Shown: positions 20,866 through 29,857, counted from the stretch's first letter. The stretch: DNA of 54,812 nucleotides from Promethearchaeota archaeon (GCA_048938445.1 JBHLME010000011.1:1-54812), one strand, 5' to 3'. The notes: generated from the sequence alone by a model not told the origin. Program-made: numbers and translations.

Positions 20866-21753
20866 ATGAAAAATAAAAAAAAAAATTTTACTTGGTCTTC
20901 AGAATTAACCGAGGAAGCCATTGAATTTACTGCTACTGAATTAAAATTAGCACTCTTAGCTACGATTGACCATAGAGGATGGCCTCATTTAACCCTAATT
21001 ACCTATAACCGTGCAAAAACTAATAATCAAATTGTTTGGGGTCAATTCACAGAAGGTTTAAGTAAGAAATACGTAATCGAAAACCCTAAACAAGGTATTT
21101 TATACATGAACATTTCAATGCCATTTAAATTCCTCCAAATAAAATCAGATTTTAGTCATATTGAATCTGAGGGAGAAGACCTAGATTATTTCAATAAATT
21201 AGAATTGATGCGATATATGACCTATGTTAGGATTTATAAAGCATATTATGAAAAGGTTATAGCCGCCACTTCCTTGAGGGCATTACCAATTTTAAGTATT
21301 GCTAAAGGAATCATTAAAAATATAATAGGAAAAGGAGGTATGAAAACAGGTTTTGAAGAAAAACGCTTGGACGTGATTGGTTATAAAATATTTAAAGGTC
21401 CTATAAATCCTAAATTCATCTCATATATTGATCCATCTGATGGATATCCAGTAATTCTACCTTGTTTACAACTTCAAGCAGTAGATCATAATAGGTTAAT
21501 TTTTCCTTTAGGCTCTGCATTAAGAGATGATTTAAAAAAAATCCCTCAAAATAGTAATATTGCTGTTTACGGGGCAAATTTTGATCTAGCTAATCAAATG
21601 ATAAATGGAATTTTTACTGGTTTTAAAAAATCAAGGGGTATAACTTTTGGAATAATTGAAATTAAAGAAGTATATAATAGTAGTCCTCCTTTACCGGGAG
21701 TAATCTATCCTGAGAGACGAGTTCGTCCTAAAGTTACAAATTTTTCCCTATAA
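20866..21753 (+). CDS. Tandem pyridoxamine 5'-phosphate oxidase-like (split beta-barrel, FMN/F420-binding) protein
   Basis: Two repeats of the barrel start: ALLATIDHRGWPH and KFISYIDPSDGYP. Confidence 0.65.
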   Translation: MKNKKKNFTWSSELTEEAIEFTATELKLALLATIDHRGWPHLTLITYNRAKTNNQIVWGQFTEGLSKKYVIENPKQGILYMNISMPFKFLQIKSDFSHIESEGEDLDYFNKLELMRYMTYVRIYKAYYEKVIAATSLRALPILSIAKGIIKNIIGKGGMKTGFEEKRLDVIGYKIFKGPINPKFISYIDPSDGYPVILPCLQLQAVDHNRLIFPLGSALRDDLKKIPQNSNIAVYGANFDLANQMINGIFTGFKKSRGITFGIIEIKEVYNSSPPLPGVIYPERRVRPKVTNFSL

Positions 21754-21786
21754 AAATTATAAATATTACTTCAAATTATTCAAACC

Positions 21787-22596
21787 ATGGATAAAAAAAA
21801 TGAATGGTTTGAAATTATTGAACTCAATGATCATCTAATTGTCATACGTGAAAAATTATCTGAAGTTGATCCTAGATTTCTAACAGAATATACAAACATG
21901 TTCCTACTACTTGGTTCACACTCAGCGCTTTTAATTGATACGGGATGTGGTATTTTTCCAATTAAACCTACTATTGATTCATTGATAGGTGATAAGAAAT
22001 TAATTGTTATCAATACTCATGCTCATTGGGATCATGTTGGAGGGAATCATGAATTTGATGAAGTTTACATTCATGAGGATGAGGCAAACTTGGTTGCTAA
22101 ACCTGTTAACCTTTCATTATTAAAAGAATCTTCGAAAGAAATTGTAAATAGATTTAATAGCTGCTCTTTTACTATACCTCCCGCTCTTGAAATTAAAACA
22201 CTTAAAGAAGGAGATTATTTCGATCTAGGAGGTCTTACAATTACAATCATTCACACTCCAGGCCATTCTATTGGTTCAATTTCTTTACTTACCGATAAAA
22301 GAGAACTTTTTACAGTAGATACAGCACATATTTGAGCTGTTTTTTTACCAAAAAAGAAAAAACTCCCAACTTTTCTTTCAAGTCTTATAAAATTAATAAA
22401 AACCCAAGATAATAACAATTCATTGGTTATATATCCCTCTCATGAACAATTTCAAGCAGATTTAAGCCTTTTAGTAAATCTAAATGAGGGCATATCTAAT
22501 ATTGAACAATCATGGGATAAAAAAAAAAAAAATGACTTTCTTCATTCATGGATTATTGATGGAGGCAAGTTCCAGTTAGTTATATCAAAGTTCTAA
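21787..22596 (+). pseudogene. Metallo-beta-lactamase-fold hydrolase interrupted by an in-frame TGA at 22333-22335
   Basis: THAHWDHVGG and HTPGHS precede the TGA. The frame stays open for 86 more codons to TAA 22594-22596 and includes IYPSHE, the last metal-ligand His. Confidence 0.7.
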
Positions 22597-22640
22597 AATT
22601 CTCAATATTTGGTTTATAAGACAATTGTTTTTATTCTCTA

Positions 22641-23408
22641 TTGAAGACTAATTTTAAAAATGAAAAAATATTCAATTTTAAATTAAGTAGTATGATGTTA
22701 ATGAACTTCAAACCTCAAGAATTTGGATTAAAAAAGAATAATTTGTACGAAATATTAGCTACTACTTTCTCAAAAAACGGAAATATTAATCCAAATACTT
22801 CTTGTATGGGCATTAGATTAATTGAAAATAACCTCATTCAAATAAGCCCTTATTCCAATACCAAAACATTTAAAAATTTAGAAGCTACAGGTATAATTAC
22901 TCTAAATTTTGTAGATAATATAAGTCTTTATGCATTAGCTGCTTTAAAATGTCCAAAAGCTTCAATACAATTTCCAAAAAAATATTATAACTATACAGAA
23001 ATTGACAATCCTTTTAATGAAAATGCTTTTTCATCTACGATTCTTATTCCATATGTGAATAAAGCATGGGGTATATTAACATGTATCATTGCTTCTGAAA
23101 CTCAGATTATTAAAGAAGATCTATTTGGAGAGTCAGAAATTACAGAATTTAAATTGCATGTAATCGCAGCTCAAAAATTCAAAGAATCTTATAAATTATT
23201 TAATAGAGCAGAAAATTTAGCACTAGAATCAATAATATTAGCAACCCGGTTAAAAATTGCGAAAGAAAATAATGATTTATCCTTGATAAACTCAATTTAT
23301 TCAAAAATTACCGATAATTTAGACAATATTCGTAGATTTGGTAAAAACCAAAATGCTATAGAAGTAGTTGATTTAATTTTAAAATATATTAAGTTTTTAA
23401 TAGATTGA
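22641..23408 (+). CDS. DUF447 family protein (FMN-binding split-barrel-like, H4MPT-linked)
   Basis: YEILATT, N..MGI, TKTFKNL and FNRAENLALESIILATR; the true start may be an ATG near 22692. Confidence 0.72.
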   Translation: MKTNFKNEKIFNFKLSSMMLMNFKPQEFGLKKNNLYEILATTFSKNGNINPNTSCMGIRLIENNLIQISPYSNTKTFKNLEATGIITLNFVDNISLYALAALKCPKASIQFPKKYYNYTEIDNPFNENAFSSTILIPYVNKAWGILTCIIASETQIIKEDLFGESEITEFKLHVIAAQKFKESYKLFNRAENLALESIILATRLKIAKENNDLSLINSIYSKITDNLDNIRRFGKNQNAIEVVDLILKYIKFLID

Positions 23409-23449
23409 ATTATATTAGATGAGTTAATTTCATTTATAGTAATTAAAAT

Positions 23450-23830
23450 TTATTCAATTTTTTCAATATACATCAAGGGATAATCCATATCTTCAATCCA
23501 ATCAATTTTAGCATTAATTTTAATATCTTCATAAACAACTATTAATTCTGCCCTAATAGTTTTTCCTGATATTTCATCATAATCATAGGGGGTAATCTTA
23601 TCACCTTTGATTTTTGTTCTATCTAAATTTATTCTTACAGACTCTACGTAAGGTTGGCAGGAGATTGATTTTTCAATCCCTCTTTCTATAGCAGTTATAA
23701 CATTATCTTCTGATGAGATAGGAATACCACAGAGAATATGGTATAATGCTCCCAACTTAATGCCAGTTTCAAAACAAGCTCTTTCTCTTAGACTTAAACT
23801 TGGTGAAAAATAAATATTTTCTTTAGACAT
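23450..23830 (-). CDS. mptD: Archaeal dihydroneopterin aldolase
   Basis: RERACFETGIKLGALYH, IEKSISCQPYV and YPLMYI. Confidence 0.85.
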   Translation of the reverse strand: MSKENIYFSPSLSLRERACFETGIKLGALYHILCGIPISSEDNVITAIERGIEKSISCQPYVESVRINLDRTKIKGDKITPYDYDEISGKTIRAELIVVYEDIKINAKIDWIEDMDYPLMYIEKIE

Positions 23831-24841
23831 TCAATCACATTCAAATATTTCTATTTTTGCTCCAGAATTGTTCGGCTTGCTTAAGTATACATGTTCTCCA
23901 TCTGGTTTAAGGAATTCTCGAACTTCTTCTTTCAATTTTTCTGCTTCTATATCAGATTCAGTTATTCCTACAACACTTGGACCAAAAGAGGACATGGCAT
24001 AAGCTTTCACGCCATAATTATCTAAGAAATTAAGTAATCCCTTGACAGTATTATGTTGAAGATTAATTTCAATCTTTTTAAAACCAATACTTTGAATTCT
24101 TTTCAATCCATCGCCAAAGGACTCAAGATCATTTTTTAAAATTCCAGGAATTACTTTCATCAATACTTGATGGGATACTTCATTTACCTCTTCTCTAGGG
24201 ATTGGAGCAAATTTTTGAAAGATATTAACTTCTTCATCACCATAAGCACCTTTTTTCACATTAGGGATTATTATCACAAACCGCCAATTTTCAGGTATGG
24301 GATATCTAAAAATAGTTAAGGCAGGATCAACGAAAGGACAAGCGCTAGATGGGAGAAATGTTTCTTTTTCTTTTCCCATTCCAAATTCATGTCCAGCATC
24401 TAATATAAATCCTCCAGTTTCAAAACCTCTCCATCCAATTCCAGAAGTTCCTCCTCTTTCAACTAACTTTGTTAGTTCTTGAGTAGTAATATCTATGTTT
24501 TTTAATTTAGTTATTGCAGTGGCAATTGCCAAGCTTAGTTGTGTTTTAGAACCCAAACCCACATGACTTGGATAGTATTTCTCAAGATTAAAGTGAAAAT
24601 TCTTATTATTTATGTTAAATTCTTTAAAAATTTTGGAAGCCTTTTCATTAATAACTTCTATAGACTCTCGATAATAATGGTCGCATTCTATTTGAAATTC
24701 ATCAGCAGAATTAGATGCTTCAAAAACTACATTAGGTTGATCCAACATGAGACCAATCCCTCCATCTACCCTTCCCGTATATCCATTTTCATCGATTAAG
24801 GATAAATGAATTCTACAAGGCGTTGTAATTTTTACGCGCAT
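23831..24841 (-). CDS. mptG: Beta-ribofuranosylaminobenzene 5'-phosphate synthase (GHMP family)
   Basis: TPCRIHLSLID, GRVDGGIG, HVGLGSKTQL, RGGTSGIG, GGFILDAGH, GFKKIE and MSSFGP. Confidence 0.9.
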   Translation of the reverse strand: MRVKITTPCRIHLSLIDENGYTGRVDGGIGLMLDQPNVVFEASNSADEFQIECDHYYRESIEVINEKASKIFKEFNINNKNFHFNLEKYYPSHVGLGSKTQLSLAIATAITKLKNIDITTQELTKLVERGGTSGIGWRGFETGGFILDAGHEFGMGKEKETFLPSSACPFVDPALTIFRYPIPENWRFVIIIPNVKKGAYGDEEVNIFQKFAPIPREEVNEVSHQVLMKVIPGILKNDLESFGDGLKRIQSIGFKKIEINLQHNTVKGLLNFLDNYGVKAYAMSSFGPSVVGITESDIEAEKLKEEVREFLKPDGEHVYLSKPNNSGAKIEIFECD

Positions 24842-24935
24842 TTTTTTTATCTAGAAAAAAAAATGATATTTAATGATTAAGATTATATAAAAAAGAATAT
24901 AAATGTTTAAGATTTGGTTAGAAAAATAGAAAGGT

Positions 24936-27131
24936 TTAAAGACTAAAAATAAATATTAAACCCCAATTTACGATCCCACCTATAAGAATAGCCAAGGAGA
25001 TCTCTAATAGAGAGATTTGTAAGGCATACTTCCAATTTGTTTGTCGAGCAATGATAATTATAGTTGCAAAGCAAGGAATATATAGCATTGTAACCAAACT
25101 AAAAACAATCATATTAGTTTCAGTCAATAGTACATTAAGCGCTTTTCCAACATTATCTGCAAATATTCCTAGCAGAACTAAGGTTAATTCTTTACGCAAT
25201 ATTCCGTAAATTAAAAATACTCCTGTAACTGCGGGAAGACCTAACCAAAAAACGGTAATTGGAGAGAGTATGAAATTGATTGGGGTTAAAGCATCAAAAA
25301 TAACTAATATTTCTAAAAAAATACCCAAAACAATTATGATTGGTAACGCTTTATAAACAAACTCTTTAGATCTACCCCATGTTTGTTTAAGTATTACTTT
25401 ATAATTAGGAACCCTATATTCATGCATTTCCATTATTAATTCCGTGCATTGTCCTGGCATTGTTTTATTTAAAATTCTGCCTACAATCAAGATAACCATA
25501 AAATTAATAAAAAATAATACAATTACCCATCCAAAACCTATATAACGCCCAACTAAACCCATTACTACAATCAAAGTGGCTCCACAAGGAATTAATGAAG
25601 TTAGAGCAATAGAAATCTTCTTTTCTCTTTCTGTTTCCATAATTCTGCATCCTGCACAAGCTGGAACATTACATCCAAAAGCCAATATCATAGGAATAAT
25701 TGTTTTTCCGTGAACTCCAATTGCATGCATAACTCTATCCATTAAAAATGCTGCTCGTGGTAAATAACCCGAATCTTGAAGGATTTCAATGATAAAAAAG
25801 AAAGGGACAACATATACTAAAACTCCTCCTATTGCTCCTAATAAACCCCCCATAGCTCCATCCCAAAAAATCTTCACAGCTAGATTATTTTCTCCAAAAA
25901 TTTGATATATTCCACCGGTCCATATCTTAAAAATATCGTCAATTCGATCGCCAAGAAATTGTCCAATAGTAAATGTAAAATAATATATACCAAATATCAC
26001 TAAAATTAAAATAACATAGCCCCAGATTGAATGGGTGGTCAAATGGTCTAATTTATCTGTTATTGAAAATCGTTTTTCATGAGATTTAATCTTTAATACT
26101 TCATCGACAATTTTATGAATGTTATTATATATTTCTGAACTAATAATAGTGTTAATGTCTTCACCATGAAGGTTTTCCAATTCATCTCTGATTTGTATTA
26201 CATCGTCAAGAATTTTTGACATATGTTCACTTTCCTCAAATAATTTTTTTATTTCCTCATCATTTTCTAAAATCTTAATAGCTAAAAATCTCGAAGGATA
26301 ATTATATTTATAGAGGAAATCTTTATGTTCCTTTATTTTCTTTTGAATATTTTTAATTTTTTCCTCAACTTCTCTTCCATATGAGATTGTTTTCTTTAAA
26401 TTAGGAAATTCAAATTCCTTCTTTAGAAAAGTTCCATCCTCAACTTTTTCATGAACATGTTCCGTTCTATAATATTCATGAGAGTGATGAATTTCTCTTC
26501 TTGACATTTTTTTATCATAATGACGATGAGGATGACGATATACCACCATTTCAATCGCTTCCTCCAGAAGCTCATGAACACCTACCCCATGCACAGCAAC
26601 GACGGGAAGAACTGGAAGCCTGAAAATTTCTTCTAATTTTTTAAAATCAAGATTCATGTATCTTTTTCTAACTATATCCATCTGATTTAAAGCGATAATC
26701 ATAGGTACTTTTAACTCGAGGAGTTGAAACGTAAAAAATAAGTTTCTTTCTAAATTTGTCGCATCGACCACGTTTATTATAAGGTCAACTTCTTCAGATA
26801 TAATATACTCCCTACTTACTATTTCTTCTAATGAGAATGTAGAAAGAGAATAAATTCCAGGTAAATCAACTATATTAAAATGGTATCCCAAAAAATCTAA
26901 ATTACCTTCCATTCGTTCTACTGTTTTTCCAGGCCAATTACCAATTGTTTGTGAAAGACCCGTGAGTTGATTAAAAATGACAGATTTTCCTACATTAGGA
27001 TTACCCGCTAGAGCAATATTAATAGTGTCTTTATATGATCCATCATTTTCTTGTATTATATTTTTTCCTTTGGATATTCTTATGCTTCTAACATGTCCTT
27101 TCTTCTTTTTAGGAACGTGACAACTCATCAT
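24936..27131 (-). CDS. feoB: Ferrous iron transporter B
   Basis: GNPNVGKS, GNWPGKTVE, DLPGIYSL, VVDATNLERN, DSGYLPRAAFLMDR, FGCNVPA and LYIPC. Confidence 0.95.
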   Translation of the reverse strand: MMSCHVPKKKKGHVRSIRISKGKNIIQENDGSYKDTINIALAGNPNVGKSVIFNQLTGLSQTIGNWPGKTVERMEGNLDFLGYHFNIVDLPGIYSLSTFSLEEIVSREYIISEEVDLIINVVDATNLERNLFFTFQLLELKVPMIIALNQMDIVRKRYMNLDFKKLEEIFRLPVLPVVAVHGVGVHELLEEAIEMVVYRHPHRHYDKKMSRREIHHSHEYYRTEHVHEKVEDGTFLKKEFEFPNLKKTISYGREVEEKIKNIQKKIKEHKDFLYKYNYPSRFLAIKILENDEEIKKLFEESEHMSKILDDVIQIRDELENLHGEDINTIISSEIYNNIHKIVDEVLKIKSHEKRFSITDKLDHLTTHSIWGYVILILVIFGIYYFTFTIGQFLGDRIDDIFKIWTGGIYQIFGENNLAVKIFWDGAMGGLLGAIGGVLVYVVPFFFIIEILQDSGYLPRAAFLMDRVMHAIGVHGKTIIPMILAFGCNVPACAGCRIMETEREKKISIALTSLIPCGATLIVVMGLVGRYIGFGWVIVLFFINFMVILIVGRILNKTMPGQCTELIMEMHEYRVPNYKVILKQTWGRSKEFVYKALPIIIVLGIFLEILVIFDALTPINFILSPITVFWLGLPAVTGVFLIYGILRKELTLVLLGIFADNVGKALNVLLTETNMIVFSLVTMLYIPCFATIIIIARQTNWKYALQISLLEISLAILIGGIVNWGLIFIFSL

Positions 27132-27206
27132 TTAATATATAATTTTTTCTTTTGGTTATCAATTTATTAAAATATAAAAACTAACAGAATTTTTTTTATA
27201 GAATAA

Positions 27207-27515
27207 TTAAGTATTACAAGTATTGTTGCACTTTACCAGTATTTTAGAGGCCAATCCCCTCCCCAAAACTAAAGAAGTTCCCTTTACAAATATTTCAATT
27301 GGCCCTTTAAACGGTGCAGTCTTTTTCTTGATAATTTTTACTCCAGGTACAATTCCTAAATTAGCAAGACGATTTTTTGCCTTATAACCGGCATTCACGC
27401 TTATAACAGTTATTTTTTCATTTTTGCTACACTCGGTTAAAAGACATTCAATTAACGGTGTACCTTGATTTTTAAGGTCCTCTTTCATCTCATTTTTAGA
27501 CTTTATTGTTATCAA
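27207..27515 (-). CDS. feoA: FeoA family protein (copy 1)
   Basis: RLANLGIVPG, APFKGPIEI and LVLGRGLASKI; GAGGT SD before the TTG start. Confidence 0.9.
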   Translation of the reverse strand: MITIKSKNEMKEDLKNQGTPLIECLLTECSKNEKITVISVNAGYKAKNRLANLGIVPGVKIIKKKTAPFKGPIEIFVKGTSLVLGRGLASKILVKCNNTCNT

Positions 27516-27573
27516 GTAATATTACCTCGTTAAGTTTTCTTCTAAGAAAATAAAATGAATATTAGTATTTAAG

Positions 27574-27591
27574 TTTTAGGTTTACCTAAAA
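27574..27591. promoter_or_regulatory. Palindromic operator TTTTAGGT-TT-ACCTAAAA (DtxR/MntR-type box) upstream of feoA-feoB
   Basis: Perfect 8-bp arms; adjacent to a TTAAATA TATA-like element on the minus strand. Confidence 0.7.
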
Positions 27592-27935
27592 AAAGAATTT
27601 CTAGATTTTTGTAGAGTATTCAAAATAACTAAGTCGTTAATATCTATAATTTATATTATTATCTCTAATATTAAAATAGAAGAATATTTAGGAAAATGCA
27701 TATTTAATGGAAAAACTCCGTTTTTTGAAACTACTATTCTATTATCAAGATTTAATTTATCTATTTTGTCATTTTTTTTAAACCAATACAATTAAATATG
27801 CATTTTTGCTTAATATTCATGTAATTATAAAAACAGCAGAATTGCTTGTTAGATTAGACATATTTTAATAATTTAAAGAATTCATAGAAAAAGGGAAAAA
27901 TATTCCATTTTTTTAATAAATGGGGTGAATAGACA

Positions 27936-28310
27936 ATAGCTAACATTTTCATTGTTGAAGATGATATCTCTTTACGATTATTATATGAGAAAGCACTAAG
28001 TATGAAAGGTTATCAAGTGCTTGCCTCAGCTAAAAATGGAAAAGAAGCTATAGAGATGCTCAAAAAATTCCATCAAAGACCTGATGTCATCATCATGGAC
28101 CATCGAATGCCTTTAAAAGATGGTCTTCAAGTAACAAAAGAAATGCTTGAAATTGACAACACTTTGAAAATAATCTTTATTAGTGCTGATAACACGATTA
28201 GAGATCAAGCACTTTCCTTGGGTGTAATAAATTTCGCAAATAAACCTTGTTCCGTTCAAAAACTGTATAATAATATTGAAGAAGCTTTAAATGCACCTGA
28301 GATTTATTGA
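27936..28310 (+). CDS. Stand-alone response regulator receiver (CheY-like); probable ATA start
   Basis: (I)ANIFIVEDD lies in frame upstream of the track's ATG at 28002; DVIIMDHRMP, ISAD and NKP follow; GGGGTGA SD at 27922-27928. Confidence 0.8.
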   Translation: MANIFIVEDDISLRLLYEKALSMKGYQVLASAKNGKEAIEMLKKFHQRPDVIIMDHRMPLKDGLQVTKEMLEIDNTLKIIFISADNTIRDQALSLGVINFANKPCSVQKLYNNIEEALNAPEIY

Positions 28311-28351
28311 AAGTGTAAAATATTAGAGATTGTATAGTATGATTTGTGGGA

Positions 28352-28669
28352 TTATTGTTCAATATCGCAGGTTGAGTTACATTTTACTATTATTTTTGAA
28401 GCCAATCCCCTACCTATAACGAGAGATGATCCTCTAACCTCAATTTCTACAGGCCCCTTGAATGGTGCAGATTTTTTCTTTACAATTTTTACTCCAGGAA
28501 CAATCCCGAGATCTCCTAGACGATTTTTAGCCATATGTCCTGCATCTACTTTAACGACAATGAGTTCTGTTCCAAGTTCGCAAGTAGATAAGCATTGTAT
28601 GAGGCTCTTCCCTTTAGAATCAGTAGTTTCAGTTTTTATGAAAGGTCTTTGCATGAAAAAGTACTCCAA
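28352..28669 (-). CDS. feoA: FeoA family protein (copy 2)
   Basis: RLGDLGIVPG, APFKGPVEI and LVIGRGLASKI; close paralogue of copy 1. Confidence 0.88.
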   Translation of the reverse strand: MEYFFMQRPFIKTETTDSKGKSLIQCLSTCELGTELIVVKVDAGHMAKNRLGDLGIVPGVKIVKKKSAPFKGPVEIEVRGSSLVIGRGLASKIIVKCNSTCDIEQ

Positions 28670-28687
28670 AATTATAACAAAATTTTG

Positions 28688-28701
28688 TTAGTCTTACCTA
28701 A
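28688..28701. promoter_or_regulatory. Degenerate copy of the feo operator (TTAGTCTTACCTAA)
   Basis: 12/14 match to TTAGGTTTACCTAA at 27576-27589; just upstream of feoA copy 2. Confidence 0.55.
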
Positions 28702-28900
28702 TTATATTAGTGTAACTTTGAATTTAAACTTCGCGTTCCTAATTAAATTTATTCATTTCTTTATCTCATCATTGATAAAGGAAAAAAAAATAAATTAATA
28801 AATTTTTTTATAAAATTTTAATATTTTAATCATTATTTTATTCTAATAGGACTAATTTAATGAATAATTTAATATTTAATGAAAAAATAAATTTTTAAAA

Positions 28901-29857
28901 TTATATATTAGTAGTGTCCCATATCCACTGGGTATCAATATAGATTAAAGCATCACTTCCATAAAAAACAGATTGGGCATCGACATTATCAAATAAATGA
29001 GCATAACACCATGCCGTAATGTATTTTCTCATTGCTCCTGCGTCACCAAAAGGAGTAAAATGAGTCGCTCCAAGCAAGTTTCCATAGATAGTCGGTACGT
29101 TTGAATTTAGAAATACGAGATCACTATTTAACTCTGGTCGACATATAATATCGAATTGTCCAGTGATTAAGAACATCGGACCATTTTGATTCAGTAAGCT
29201 TACATCACCATATATATCAATCCATGGTTGGATTGGTACGGTACAAGTGATTCTTTCATTTTCACCTAAAATGAGTGTTGTCCCACCCCCTTGAGAATGT
29301 CCCATGACGCAAATGTTATCAACATCAAGTTTTTGGTAAAATTGGCTTGAAGGATCATCATTTTTCAAAATCAAGAGATCCATTGCAGCAATCATAGTAT
29401 CACCTTTCCCAGTCTCTGGATCATTTGGTCCAATCACTACGAAACCGTGAGAAGCAAGATGTCTCAACAATCCATTATAAATTGATGGATTCATTAAAGT
29501 TCCATCACCCCAAATTACAAGTGGATGATTCATTCCATCTTGCCCTAATTCCAATGGGTAATATATACTATTTCCTCCTTCAAAATTAGTGTCTTCCCAT
29601 ATGGTAAATGCCCCAAATTCTTCATAATATGTAATATTATGTATCGATGGAGGGGGTGGAGGTGGGGGTGGAGGTGGTGGAGGCGGTATTGGATCAATTG
29701 GAGTATTTATTGGATTATTTCGTACAAAATTAAATTGAATAGGAATGAAAATAAGAGAAAGTGTTAATGCCAATGCTGAAACAGGCACCGAAATCATTAT
29801 TGCTATTTTTCTTTTTTTGTTCGATCTTTTAGCATTTTTAATATTTTCTTTTAACAT
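28901..29857 (-). CDS. Membrane-anchored alpha/beta hydrolase (cutinase/chlorophyllase-like)
   Basis: Basic N-terminus + TM helix, 13-Pro linker, HLASHGFVV, GHSQGG nucleophile, GQFD acid and ATHF His. Confidence 0.85.
   Translation of the reverse strand: MLKENIKNAKRSNKKRKIAIMISVPVSALALTLSLIFIPIQFNFVRNNPINTPIDPIPPPPPPPPPPPPPSIHNITYYEEFGAFTIWEDTNFEGGNSIYYPLELGQDGMNHPLVIWGDGTLMNPSIYNGLLRHLASHGFVVIGPNDPETGKGDTMIAAMDLLILKNDDPSSQFYQKLDVDNICVMGHSQGGGTTLILGENERITCTVPIQPWIDIYGDVSLLNQNGPMFLITGQFDIICRPELNSDLVFLNSNVPTIYGNLLGATHFTPFGDAGAMRKYITAWCYAHLFDNVDAQSVFYGSDALIYIDTQWIWDTTNI
29648..29686 (-). repeat. 13 consecutive Pro codons (CCN)
   Basis: CCG CCT CCA CCA CCT CCA CCC CCA CCT CCA CCC CCT CCA on the minus strand. 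Confidence 0.95.

Noticed and set aside
22333-22335. Genome-wide TGA reassignment
   Set aside because: Several complete genes here end at TGA in the expected place (e.g. ribH and the receiver protein).
22519-22532. 14-A homopolymer as a phase-variation or frameshift site
   Set aside because: The reading frame is preserved through it, and long A/T runs are common in this AT-rich sequence.
29648-29686. Polyproline as a profilin/actin-nucleation ligand, or the G-rich strand as a quadruplex
   Set aside because: The tract follows the TM anchor of a probably extracellular hydrolase; a spacer role explains it.
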